Positions 27,156 through 39,389 of a stretch of DNA of 64,000 bases are shown one piece after another (positions within the stretch are counted from its first letter, which is position 1; every line of letters begins with the position of its first letter). The translations under genes and the position numbers were made by a program. Source of the stretch: Octopus sinensis (taxonomy: Eukaryota); contig NC_042999.1 in the NCBI RefSeq assembly GCF_006345805.1, positions 10,416,001-10,480,000 of the forward strand. The letters run 5' to 3'. Below the pieces are notes generated by a model. That model searched no databases. It saw only the letters and a program-made list of their open reading frames with translations, and was not told where the DNA came from.

Positions 27156-27856
27156 TACTGCTGTTATATAGTTGTGTTATATCTGTTTGAATAAATAACT
27201 GTTTCAGCTGTGTTTTTCTTATTAACATTAGAAATATTATCTCCCTTGTTTTGACATGGTTTTTGATTTACACTTGACCGATGGACCTAATCAGTCGTGT
27301 ACTCCAAGGGTCACCTGTACACACCATTTAGCTTTGTACAAAACATGCAACTACCATACTCTCTGGAAACGGTTATCTTTTTCAACTTTTTAGCTTCTTC
27401 ATTGTCATTATTAACAGAACAACCACACACACACACACACACACATTCACATGCTGCTTTTATACTCTGATTGCAAATCTCCACTTATAACTACAGATAA
27501 TAAGAGTGTTTTTATTTTATGGTACCAAATGCTAAATCGGTAACCAAAATATAGGAAGATGGCAGTAAGCACTATAAGGTATTTATAATGCCTAAATAAA
27601 TAGTTTTAACCCTTTTGTCAGCATACTTTTGTTAAAATACACAGCCTTTGTTTTAATAAATTTTGATTATAACTAGGAACTTTTTGTAAAATAATTGTCA
27701 TATTATGTTGGTGTTTGAAATATTACATGAAATTTCGGTGGAAAGATGTAAATCTAGTGTACTTTAAAAACAGGAAGTTTGTATCATTGAAACGAAAATG
27801 GTTCAGTTGGTGCCAAAAGGGTTACAAAAGAAGCAAGCACTCACTTCAAACTTGAT

Positions 27857-28452
27857 TTAGAAAATGCTTTGGAGGACCTCAGGACATGATGCAGAACGGT
27901 CCCTTTCATAGTAATCATTGTCTGGGACAAGCAAATCTGTGTTCTTTTCAATGTATTCTTCATTAGAATCACTTTCACTGGGTGCCAGAGTAAAACATGA
28001 GACTCCAGGGTCCCAGTTTTGAAGGGCCGTTGTATTATCAACAAAGGAAATCACTGGTTTATCAGACTTGTATGTCACTTTAGCAAATGGTGTGTCACCT
28101 TCAAACAACAATTGTCCATTTAACAAAATACTTGGTCTTGTGTGAGGTTTATAGGCAGGTTTCACTTCCTCATCAAGCAATTTGTTTGTCTCCAACTCAT
28201 CTTTCTCTGTATCATCAACATCGTCTGACGTATCTTCTTCCATTCCTGAAGATTTTTTTGCTTTCTTTTTGCGGAACTTCTTGAAGACACAATTAATGAA
28301 ATTCAGAATTATAATGATACTTAAAACACACAGTGCGAAAACCAAAATGTTTAAAACCCTCTTCAGGTGAATCAATTCTGTTTCTGTATTCGGAATCTGA
28401 CCAATTTTTTTGGACGTGGCAAAGAAATGGGTTGAGCATTCCACTGATGTCT
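27857..28452 (-). CDS. Uncharacterised single-Ig-domain type I membrane protein, exon 3 (stalk, TM helix, cytoplasmic tail, stop)
   Basis: tttcag acceptor (28455-28453), phase 1. Reads ETSVECS...VLNILVFALCVLSIIIILNFINCVF-KKFRKKKAKK...RSASCPEVLQSIF*. 596 bp open in AT-rich DNA. Confidence 0.8.
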
Positions 28453-28574
28453 CTGAAACAAATGAAACTATATTAGAGACTACAAACACAAATAATAATA
28501 ATAATAATTATTATTATTATTAAAGCAAAAAACAATATGACTGTAGAGAGCAGAAGTAAAAGAGAAAAACAGTA

Positions 28575-28880
28575 TAAAATCATGGGTTTTGCAAAGTCTT
28601 TTGATAAGAGAGTGGATACCAAAGAAACTGAGAAATACCAAGACTTAGCCAAAGAGGAAAAAATTATGGAAGAGAAAAGTGGAAATTGTTCTTGTGGTAT
28701 TTGGTGCATTTAACACCAGATCCGAATTGCAATCTAAGAGGCTGAAGAATACTGGGATGGAAGACATGCATTGCCAAACTGCAGAAAAGTGCAATTCTGT
28801 ATTCTGCATAAATTCTAAGAAAGATGCTCGAGGTTTGAGGAGACTTGTTCTCATCAAGCCTCAGGATAACATACCTCCTC
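28575..28880 (+). mobile_element. R4/Dong-type (RLE) non-LTR retrotransposon 3' fragment
   Basis: With frameshifts it reads KETEKYQDLAKE..KLWKRKVEIVLVVFGAF...IAKLQKSAILYSA*ILRKMLEV*, the KY.DL/IVxG.LG/LQK.A RLE-domain pattern. It lies between (TAA)n and (TAG)n tracts. Confidence 0.6.
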
Positions 28881-28904
28881 ATTATATTAGCACGTTATAG
28901 GTTT

Positions 28905-28906
<2 letters not shown>

Positions 28907-28964
<58 letters not shown>
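28907..28964. repeat. (TAG)n microsatellite
   Basis: Direct reading. Confidence 0.95.
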
Positions 28965-28966
<2 letters not shown>

Positions 28967-29206
28967 TTCTACTACAGGCACAAGGCCCAAAATGTTTGGG
29001 AGGAGAGAAGAAAAGTTGGTTACACTGACACTCCACCCCGTGCTTAACTGCTATTAATTTTGTTGACACTGAAAGGATGCAAAGCAAAGAAGAACTTAGT
29101 GAAATTTTAACCCAGAATGTAAAGAGCAGAAAAAAATGCTGTTAAGTATTTGTCCAGCGTGCTAACAATTTTGCCAGCTCCCTGTCTTAATAATAATAAT
29201 AATAAT

Positions 29207-29567
29207 AGCAAGAGCACTCAAAGAGCAGAAAACTCCACCAAAGCAACACCAACGTCCTCTCAACGATTAGTAAGAGAGGATTTTTGAAATGAGAATCTCT
29301 GAAATAAACTCAACTGCTCTCACAAATGAGAATAATAAAAATGAACCTGGTCGTTCTCAAAAATTAGGTAAAGAAACGGGATAAATAATCCAGAATCCTT
29401 GTCTAGTACCAGATCAATTCCAAAATCTAATTAGTTCATGCCAGTCATGAGGCCAAACATCCCTGAAAGATTTGTCCAAATCCATCTGGCGGTTCTTGAG
29501 ATATCTTGTCCATGGACAAACAGACACAACTGAAAACAACACCTCCACCTTCACTGAGGTGGATGCA
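29207..29567 (+). mobile_element. Helentron-associated / DINE-1-like non-autonomous element
   Basis: Starts agcaagagcactca...aactccacc and ends aacaacacctccaccttcactgaggtgga (3' hairpin matching the subterminal repeat). Inserted in an (AAT)n tract. Confidence 0.5.
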
Positions 29568-30028
29568 ATAATAATGGTTTCTAGTTTTGGTCCAAGGCTA
29601 GGAATTTTGGAGGAAGGGGCGAGTGGATTACATCAACCCCAGTACACAACTGGTACAGAATTTGAACCCAGAACATAAAGACAGCTGAAATGCTGCTAAG
29701 CATCTTGTCCAGCACGCTAACGAGTCTGCCAGCTTGCTACCTTAATAATAATAATAATAATCACAGCATCAGCAACAACAGGTACCAACATTGGCTCAAA
29801 GCTACAAATTTGGTGAAAGAAGTTTTGTTGGTTTCTTTCAATTCTTCAATGGACAAATTTGATTGACCCCAGAAGGGTAAAAGACAAAAATTGACTCAGA
29901 CGACATTTGAACTTCAACCATAAAACAGAATAATTAAATGCCATAAAGCAGTTTTTTCCAGTGTTTTACTGATTCTGCCATCGACTGCCCTTGTAGCAGC
30001 AGTAGCAGTAGCAGCGGTAGCAACAGTA

Positions 30029-30100
30029 ATGGTGGTGGTGGTGGTCATCATCATCGTCGTAGTGGTAGTAGTAGTGGTGGTGGTGGTGGTGGTGGTAGTG

Positions 30101-30159
<59 letters not shown>

Positions 30160-30183
30160 GGTGGTGGTGGTAGTAGTAGTAGT
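30029..30183. repeat. Compound (GTG)n/(GTA)n microsatellite
   Basis: Direct reading; it is the source of the spurious poly-Val ORF. Confidence 0.95.
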
Positions 30184-30857
30184 TTCAAATGTTGGCGTAA
30201 GACCAACAGTTTTCAGGGTAGGGGATTAATCAATTACATCTACCCCAGTACTTGACTGCTATTTTATTTTATTGACCCCCAATAAGGATGAAAGGCAGAG
30301 GTGACCTTGGCAGGATTTGAACTCAGAAGGAATACTGCAAAATAGTTCTTTCTTTGAAGAAAGCCATCAAGGAAATAGGCCCAGCAGCAGAAACTGGCTC
30401 AAGGTGGCCATGGTTGGAAAGAAACTTTAAGTGGAACCATTCTGCCACACTCAGGTGAAGGGCACAGGCTAAGGGGCAAAACGCTTGTGACCCTGAGATA
30501 TCTGTTGACGCTAATGGAAGGGTTTCCAGCATTGCAATGGATTTCCAAGAGCAAACCTCTGAGTAACCCCTGCAGTTTCTCTGTATGGGGCGAAGCATCT
30601 CTGATATTTATTTCATCTCACTTTCTACTGTTTTAAAGATTTTGCCAGCTTGCTGCCTCAAAGATGAAGAGAAGAATCAATACCCAAGTACTGGTATTTT
30701 ATTCACTGACCCCAGAAGGGTGAAAACAATGTTCACCTTGGTGAGACCTTTACTATTATTGAGCTGCTGTTCAGAACATAAATTAACATAAATTAACCTC
30801 AAATCTTGAAGGATGGTTTTAATTTAGATCACTTGCAAGAAGCATGTTTCATAGAAA

Positions 30858-31270
30858 CATGGTCAGTCCAAGATGAGTTAGTATCAAACCACGGTCAGTC
30901 CAAGATGAGTTAGTATCAAACCATGGTCAGTCCAAGATAGTTAGTATCAAACCACGGTCAGTCCAAGATGAGTTAGTATCAAACCATGGTCAGTCCAAGA
31001 TAGTTAGTATCAAACCACGGTCAGTCCAAGATGAGTTAGTATCAAACCACGGTCAGTCCAAGATGAGTTAGTATCAAACCATGGTCAGTCCAAGATAGTT
31101 AGTATCAAACCACGGTCAGTCCAAGATGAGTTAGTATCAAACCACGGTCAGTCCAAGATGAGTTAGTATCAAACCACGGTCAGTCCAAGATGAGTTAGTA
31201 TCAAACCACAGTCAGTCTAAGATGAGTTAGTATCAAACCACGGTCACTCCAAGATGAGTTAGTATCAAAA
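30858..31270. repeat. 32-bp minisatellite, ~13 copies
   Basis: Unit CAYGGTCAGTCCAAGATGAGTTAGTATCAAAC; some units lack one G. Confidence 0.95.
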
Positions 31271-31314
31271 CGGTTATTAATCTTTATTATTCTTTGTTTA
31301 TAAACTTGTTTTAC

Positions 31315-31638
31315 CTTTTTTCTCTGGAAGATGACAGGTGGCAGTAAATGTCTGCAAGTTACACAAAGCTCTGCAGCTGAAAACCTGTGCTGTATGTCTG
31401 TCAATTATTTCGATTCTTGAAAAATATCCATTTTGGAATTTAGGTTGTTTACTAATGGTCAAAACCACTTCTTCATGCGTGTTCTGGTCTATTTCTTGCA
31501 CCCACCAAATATGTTCGCATTTCAAGTGTGTGTCTGTTAAATTCGTTATTTTACAATTTAAAGATTGTGTGTTGTTGGTAGTTCCAGAAGATTCTTTCAC
31601 TGTAATCATTATTTGTATCTGTCCTTCTACCTCTAAAA
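31315..31638 (-). CDS. Same gene, exon 2 (Ig-like domain, 324 bp, phase 1-1)
   Basis: Polypyrimidine tract and catcag acceptor. Reads VLEVEGQIQIMITVKE...SLNCKITN...HIWWVQE...VFSCRALCNLQTFTATCHLPEKK. G|GTAAA donor; the split G+AG codon gives Glu in frame with exon 3. Confidence 0.8.
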
Positions 31639-32616
31639 CTGATGAAAAAGAAAAAAAAGATTATTTATTTGAAATTATGAAACTTATTAATCTACAAGAA
31701 ATGTTAGTTTTTGTTGTATCTTTCATATTTTTTATAGAAGAAAATTCTTTCCTTCATTTCATTGAGGAATTTTGTTGTATTTTTATGATTTGACCAAAAT
31801 TAAAGGAACAATGTCATAACACCTAAGAAACCTTTCCAAGTTGGTGGGAGAATTTGATGTTTTGTACAAACTTCTGAAGACTGGTACCTGTTGGAATTTG
31901 GGGCAAGAATTTAACCTTTTAGTTAACATATTTCTGCTGAAATACTCTGGCTTTCTTTCATTTAATTGCCATTATTAATCTGGTGTTTGGGACATGATAG
32001 AACATGAAATTATAATGGAAGGTTTTAATTTACACCACTTTAAAACAGGAATTTTGTATTATTAAAACCAGGAACGATCTCTAGCGGGTTAATATTGAAA
32101 AGGCTGGCTCTGTTTTGTTGCCATATTTCTGCTGAGATTCACTGCCTTTATTTCAATTAATTTTGAAAAGGACAAAGAATTTAGTAAAATAACTTTATTA
32201 TTTTAAAAATTAACGTTTGGGACATAACAGGAAATTTTGATGAAGAATTTAATTTAAATTATGATAAAGCAACAAGTTTATATCATAAGAACCAGGAACT
32301 GTTTCAGATATCAAAAGGGTTAAGAGGGTGGCAAGTCTGGGGCAGAGAAATTGAGTGAAGAATTTAGTGAAAGGTCCATAAGGTGAGACAAAGTGGAGAG
32401 AATGAAAGAAGGTGGTGGGGTGCCTCAGGTGGGCTTCGTTTACTGAGGTAAATATCTAAGAGTTCAGAGATGAAGGAACCATCGTTGTAAGAATCCAGTT
32501 GGTGTTGGATGATTTCGTACAGGAAGTATTGCAACCGTGGTCTTAGAATAGTTGCAGAATAGTTGCAAGTAAACCATTTATGGTTTGTTGAGTTGTGATA
32601 GGATTGTGTGAGGAAT

Positions 32617-33990
32617 TTTAATAATAATAATGAAATTATTGTATAGTGCTCAGGTGCACCACAACTTGTCAGAAAGTGAGTATAGAATATATGCAGTAAT
32701 GTACAAATGTCTGGAAAGCGAACAATGTATGAGTCAGATACATGCTTGTGTCTGTATGGAGGGGAGAAAATCAGGTGTAGTGTTGGCGAATCTCAGAAAG
32801 CATGGACGTTTTGAAGGATGCAGTGCTCCGACAACTAACAACTGATGCCGGCAGTTTGTTCCATGCTTCAGCAACTCTCAGTGTGAAAAAATGTTTCCTA
32901 AAGTCATATGGAGCTGTACTGTTTTCTGACTTTGTAAATATATCCATGGGTAGAGTTTGAAAAGGTGCTCAGAGTTATTGTTTGTATGATGGTTGATAAT
33001 TTTATGGGTGTCTGCCAAGTCAGCAGCCAGACGTCGGAGTTTCAATGTGTCCATGCCCAGAGAAGTAAAGCATTCAGAATATGGCAAATGCCTGATGGAG
33101 GGTATTCTTTTGGTTGCATGTCGCTGAACAGCTTCCAGACGATTGATATCCTGGGCAAGATAGGGGTTCCAGACTGGTGATGCAAATTCCAATTGAGGTC
33201 TTACCATAGCTATATAAAGCCGCAGATAGATAGTCGGAGAGTGGCTCACAAAGGATTTGGTGAGTGATGCCAAGACATCCTCAGCCTTCTTGACAATTTT
33301 AGCAATGTGTTTTGTCCAAAGCAAATCACTGTCGACAATAACACCCAGGTCACGTTCACATGAAGACTTTTTGAGACTAGTGTTGTGGAGGGAGTAGGTG
33401 GACGCTGGGTTTCTCCTCCCAAAATGCATGGTGGTACATTTGTCCACAGCCGGCTTGAGTTGCCAGTCCATGATCCACTGCTGCATTGCGTCCAGATCTG
33501 CTTGCAATAGAGATCCATAGTGTACAGGATCTGACCTCTTTATTTCGAGGTACAGCTTGATGTCATCTGCATATTTCAGCACTGTGGCATTCTTTAAGTT
33601 GGCATCTATGTCATTAACATATGCAACAAATAAAAGGGGGCCAAGAACAGATCCCTGTGGTACACCAGATGTCATCTCATAGGGCGAAGAGTGCAGTCCT
33701 AGAACTGTGACAACCTCTTTGGGGCCGAAAATAAAGGACTTTAACCAGTTATAGAGTTCATCTCTTATGCCCAACGCAGAGAGCTTTACCATAAGTCTTT
33801 TGTGTGGCACAGAGTTAAAAGCCTTAGCAAAGTCCTGGTAAACAACATCCACCCAGGATCCGCGATCAGTGATTTGGGTAACGTCCTCAAGAAACTCGAT
33901 TACAGCAGCTGGAGTTAGGAATAAATCCAAATTGTGATGGCTGGATGAGGCTGAGACTTTTGAATGACATTCTGCACAAAATATTTTCAA
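32617..33990 (-). mobile_element. CR1-clade LINE, 5'-truncated, with RT ORF (32878-33990) and (ATT)n tail
   Basis: Motifs DFAKAFNSVPH, SGVPQGSVLGPLLF, YADD, ERDLGV, RPQLEFASPVWNP. The 3' end reads gcacctgagcactatacaataatttcattattatt. The short DFxKAFD motif is altered and the C-terminus is frameshifted, so it is non-functional. Confidence 0.92.
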
Positions 33991-34510
33991 CCAGCTGGAA
34001 ATGGTTAGATTTACTTCTGAGGGCAGAGAACATAGATTTGATAGATCTTTTACAAATTAGTAAATTCAAAGTGTCAGAGAGTTAAGCTTCCTTTAGCATC
34101 AAAATATTCTGCCTGTTTTAGGCTCAAATTGGCCAGATCTAGTTTCTTACACCTACCCAACAATGTCATTATAAAAATCAAAATCTCATCACTACAAGAT
34201 AATACATGATTAATTCAAAACAGTGTGAAAAAATAAGGATTACTTTTGACAGAATTAACTGGAATGCTAAAGGATTAAACAACTGCTTCTATAAAACAGC
34301 CATAAACTCCCACAAAACCATTTCCTGAAGTCAGTTGCTTCAGGTTCAGCTATTCCACTTAACGTCTCTCCAACACGTTTCTGTTGAAATATACCGAGTT
34401 TGTTTCAATTAATTTTGAAATAATGAAGAATTTAGTAAAATCCCTTATGTCGTTATTAACCCTTGGACATTCAGATTATCTTGTCAAAGGTAATGTTTAA
34501 TTATTTATGT

Positions 34511-34738
34511 TACCAACATCGCCTTACTGGCACCTGTGATGGTGGCACGTAAAAGCACCCACTACACTCTTGGAGTGGTTGGCATTAGGAAGGGCATCCA
34601 GCTGTAGATACTCTGCCAGATCAAGATTGGAGCCTGGTGCAGCCATCTGGTTCGCCAGCCCTCAGTCAAAATCGTCCAACCCATGCTAGCATGGAAAGCG
34701 GACGTTAAACGATGATGATGATGATGATGATGATGATG
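34511..34738 (+). mobile_element. RTE LINE 3' fragment with an ~80-bp target-site duplication
   Basis: (GAT)n tail; flanks 34428-34507 and 34738-34817 are direct repeats. Confidence 0.8.
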
Positions 34739-36175
34739 AATTTAGTAAAATCCCTTATGTCGTTATTAACCCTTGAACATTCCGATTATCTCGTCAAATG
34801 TAATGTTTAATTGTTTACATTGTTTTGAATGAATCATGATTCATCTCATGAATTTAAGATTTCGATGATGTGATTGTTTATTTTTAGGATGACATTGTAG
34901 GGAAGGTTTGAGGAGCCTGATCTGGCCAGTTTGTATGTAAAACAGATAAAATCCATGGCCCAGATATGGTCTGCTTAAGTGCCAAAGGGTTAATCTGGTG
35001 TTTGGAATTAACCTGAAATTTTTATGAAAGAATCAATTTAAAACACAGAGTCTGTATAATGGGCCCAAGGGCAACCTCAGGTAGATTGGTATCAAAGGTG
35101 GTGAGCTGGCAGAAACGTTAGCATGCCAGGCGAAATGCTTTGCAGTATTTCATCTGCCGCTACGTTCTGAGTTCAAATTCCACCAAGGTCGACTTTGCCT
35201 TTCATCCTTTCGGGGTCGATTAAATAAGTACCAGTTACGCACTGGGAATGATATAATCAACTTAATCCGTTTGTCCTCTCTGTGTTTAGCCCCTTGTGGG
35301 TAGTAAAGAAATAGGTATCAAAAGGGTTGAAATATTTTTAACCAACCACAAAGGTATTTTATTTGAAAGTTGTGGCATGGTTGATATACGAAATTCTCTA
35401 CAAGGGAAAGGCTTTAGTGATAATTAAACAGGTAATAATAAATAAATAATAAATAAATCAGAGTAGAAAAGAATAACATTGTATGAGATATATTTATTGA
35501 CAATGAGGCCCCTCGGTTCAATATTGAAATGGTGATCAGATATGAATGTGGTGCTACAGTAGAGAAATTGTCATCGACCTGTGAGAGAGAAATTCAATCT
35601 TTTCCAGGTAAGATAATCCACCGAACCTTTGTAATTTAAAGCTAACACTTGTTCAGACAATCAAGAAAGCTTTCTTTATTTCAGTTTGTGTGTGTGGGGG
35701 ACGAGGGGTTGTGCTTGTGTGTGTGTGTGTGTAGTTGGGTGGGTGTTTGAGTGTATGTGTGTATGAATGTGGATGGGTGAATGCGTGTGTGTGTGTGTGA
35801 TTGAGTGCATACGTGTGTGAGCATATGTGTAAGCATGCAGGTGTAACACTGTGTGGGGACGGTGTGTGTGTGTGTATACTGGAGCAGAGTGTATATAACC
35901 ATGCCACCTGTTATTTCAGTCCTTAGCTTTGTACTACAACAAGATGTCTGAGGTTTGTGATGAAAGCTTTGAAGTAATTTGATCTTCATTGTTTATTCTT
36001 TTCTCTCCACACCTCTTTTATAAATTCCTGACAACCAAACCAGTGTGTCCAATCTCTGGGGTCCCACTACCACAAAACAACAAATCCTTCAGATTCCAAA
36101 CGACCCCTTATTCAGTTTATATTGTCCCTGCTATAAAACAGCAACAATAAACTCCCTCAAACTCACATTCATAAT

Positions 36176-36389
36176 ATACAGGGTTGGCCAAAAGTCAGCT
36201 GACACTAAATGAAACCCATTTAATTCCAAGATTTATTTATGTTTAAAAACTGAATGAATTTCATAAAAGCATCTGAATATGAAACCTGAGGAAAATGGTT
36301 CAAACCGAAGTCCTTCTTGAGGGACACAATTACAGAGAGTATTTAAGGAATTTTGATTTACTGTCGGGTGGCTTTTGGGAAGCCTTATA
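36176..36389. mobile_element. Tc1/mariner-type MITE
   Basis: tacagggttggccaaaagtcagctgacact at the left end matches the reverse complement of the right end (tataaggcttcccaaaagccacccgacagt). TA-flanked. Confidence 0.5.
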
Positions 36390-37914
36390 GTTTATGTTTT
36401 TAGTTTGTCTATCCCACTTAACTTATCCCTCACATAGTTTTCTGGTTCTGTCACTCAAATAACACCTCTCATTTCTAAAGTCTTCCTTTTTATTCTTCAG
36501 AATGGGATATAAACAAACCAACACCCCAGTCATTAGCAAGTGGAACTTCCAGCTTAGAGTAGTAAATCTTCTTCAGTTTTGCCTTCAACAGAAACTTTGC
36601 CATTTTGGGATCCCTTCAGGAAATGAGGGACCAACTCATTGTTTATACATTGTAGTTTTGGAGAGACAATAATTACTGCATGTTGTTAATGATTAACGAG
36701 TAGAATCATGTGGGATCACAAGAGTCCCATGTGGCATGCTTGCTACATTTTGGAAATAGTAGGTGAAATGACTGCATTAGTAGACCGCTTCTGGACTTTT
36801 CTTTTGCTTGTGGCAGCCATTAGATTGTGGCCATGCTGTAGCACTGCCTTCAAGAATTTTTAGTCAAATGGATCAACCACAGAACTTTTTTTGTTTCTAA
36901 GCCTGGTACTTATTCTCTTAGGTCTCCTTTACCAAACTGCTTAGTTTTGGGGATGTAAACACACCAACATTGGTTGTCAAAGCAGTGTGGAAAACAAACA
37001 CACACACACACACACACACAGATGACGGGCTTCTTTCAGTTTCCGTTTACCAAATCCACTCACAACGATTTAGTTAGCCTGAGTCTATAGTAGAAGACAT
37101 TTGCCCAAGGTGCCACACAGTGGGACTGAACCTGGAGCCATGTGGTTGGGAAGCAAGCTTCTTACCACACAGCCATACGTGCACCTACAATAAAATATTT
37201 ATGGGTGGACGTGGGTCGCTGGAATTATTGATCATAATTTGTAAACATCAAATAAAAATAATAAGAGTCTATTAAAGTGTTGGGTGGGTGTGTGGTGAAA
37301 AACATTTTCCAACCATGTGGTTTCAAGTTCAGTCCCACTGTGCAGTAGACGGGGGCCAGTGTCTTCTACTGTAGTTCTGGGTCAACCAAAATTTTGTGAA
37401 TGGATTTCATAGACGGAAACTGAAAGTAGCCTGTTGTGTGTGTGAGTGTGCATAATTTTTGGGGATTAATGGGTATATGTCAATTAGCATGCCGTGTAAA
37501 GCACATTCACCATTTTGGGCCGCCTGGTGCCATCAATGGTTGGGGTATATTTCCACTGGGTCTACGTTAGGAATTCCTCAGTGTCAGTTGAGATCATAAT
37601 AACTGACGAAAGAAACAGAAAATAGATTTCATACTGGTCTTTAAAGACTAGAACAAAATCTGACTTTTGTTTCCTTCATTAATTATTACTATATATATGT
37701 GTGTGTATATATATATATGTATGTGTATATATATATGCATATAATATATATATATATATGTCTGTGTGTGTGTGTATATATATATATTTGTAAATAGTAA
37801 GGGAATATTCCAAATGTTTACCAGTTTGGTCTCAGTTATTATTATTAATGTTGATATATATATATATATACACACACACACATACATACACGTGTGTGTG
37901 AATATATGTATATG

Positions 37915-37965
<51 letters not shown>

Positions 37966-38433
37966 GTGTGTATATTTTTATGTTAGCCAGGATAATAATT
38001 ATGAAATTATTGTATATAGTGCTCAGGTGCTCAATAATAAGCTTTTACATCTAATTTCACCTGACCAGTTATACTAATTAGGCTGAAACTACTAAATATT
38101 CAACAACCAAGCGACCACATATACATACATTAGACTCTATACACTAATGTATGTGTATGTATGATATACTTGCATGTGTTTGTACAATGAAACAGAAAAC
38201 AATCGTATGTAAATGTATGTATGTAGGTAGGTATGGATGGATGGATGGATGGATGGATGGACGAACAGATGGGTGGATAGATGGATGGGTGGGTGGGTGG
38301 TCCCCTGGGGTTTAAATTAAAGTTTGTTCTTTGCAGAATCACAAAGTGGTAAGGCTCTTTTGTTTAAATCAAAATAACTTTGGGGGGTTTCTGGTTATCT
38401 GAATTGACTGGTATAATTACCAATAGGTAATTA

Positions 38434-38912
38434 TAGGACAGGTATAATTACCAACACAGGAACATGTATCATACATCAAAATGAAGCTGGTCCTCTTTGG
38501 ATCACATCCCTACTTCTCAACAGAGGGACCATTTCTCTCAATAGGGATGTTCCACCTTCGAATGAGAGCATGTATCCCTACCCCATAAAATTCTGTTGAC
38601 TGTTCTTTGAGCCACTTCTTCACTACCTCCACACTCACCAGATTTAGCGCCTTCAGACTATCATCTCTTCGGCGCCACGAAAGAAGGTTTGAGAGGCAAA
38701 CATTATTCCAGTGACGACTGTAGTGAAGAAGTGGCTCAAAGAACAGTCAACAGAATTTTACAGGGCAGGGATACATGTTCTCATTCAAAGGTGGAACATT
38801 GCTATTGAGAGAAACGGTGACTATGTTGAGAAATAGGGATGTGATCCACAGAGGACCAGCTTCATTTTGATGTATGATACATGTTCCTTTGTTGGTAATT
38901 ATTCCTGCCCTA
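38434..38912. mobile_element. Foldback mariner derivative (inverted duplication of the transposase 3' end)
   Basis: ~190-bp inverted arms (38434-38626 and 38720-38912). Spacer plus right arm read PHSPDLAPSDYHLFG...VKKWLKEQSTEFYRAGIHVLIQRWNIAIERNGDYVEK*. Confidence 0.85.
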
Positions 38913-38944
38913 AACAAAATATATTATTGTTGTTTGATGATGAT

Positions 38945-38982
38945 ATGTATGTACATATGTATGTATGTATGTATGTATGTAC

Positions 38983-39013
<31 letters not shown>

Positions 39014-39063
39014 TGTATGTATGTATGTATGTATGTATGTATGTATGTATGTATGTATGTATG
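38945..39063. repeat. (TATG)n microsatellite
   Basis: Direct reading. Other simple repeats: (TA)n-rich 37690-37970 and 39727-39860, (CA)n 19187-19245. Confidence 0.95.
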
Positions 39064-39281
39064 CATAAATTTGTATTTGTGGGTGTGCATATCATGACAG
39101 AACACGTCTGTAATTTCATTACTGTATGTGTGTATGTGTAAAAATACAAGACAAGACAAATGTGTATATATGCATGTATACAAACATGCATGTGTGTATG
39201 TATGTGTTTATGTGCATGCAAAAACAAGTACCAGCTCTCTTTTAGCAAATATTTACAAGCATAACCTTAACCAGACACACA

Positions 39282-39320
<39 letters not shown>

Positions 39321-39389
39321 TCTTCAGTTTCTGGTGAATTTATGTCAAATATAAAATGCTTTGAATCTAATACAAAATGTGACACTCAC

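Noticed and set aside
30858-31270. CRISPR-like 32-bp repeats
   Set aside because: Units are directly adjacent with no spacers and resemble a MITE end.
32878-33990. Domesticated reverse transcriptase gene
   Set aside because: It is 5'-truncated with no endonuclease domain, has altered RT motifs and a frameshifted C-terminus, and retains the CR1 3' tail, so it is an ordinary dead LINE.
35681-35989. Alternative first exon for the Ig gene (MKIKLLQSF...)
   Set aside because: It has no hydrophobic leader, a weak donor, and runs into (CA)n. The exon at 39438-39390 fits much better.
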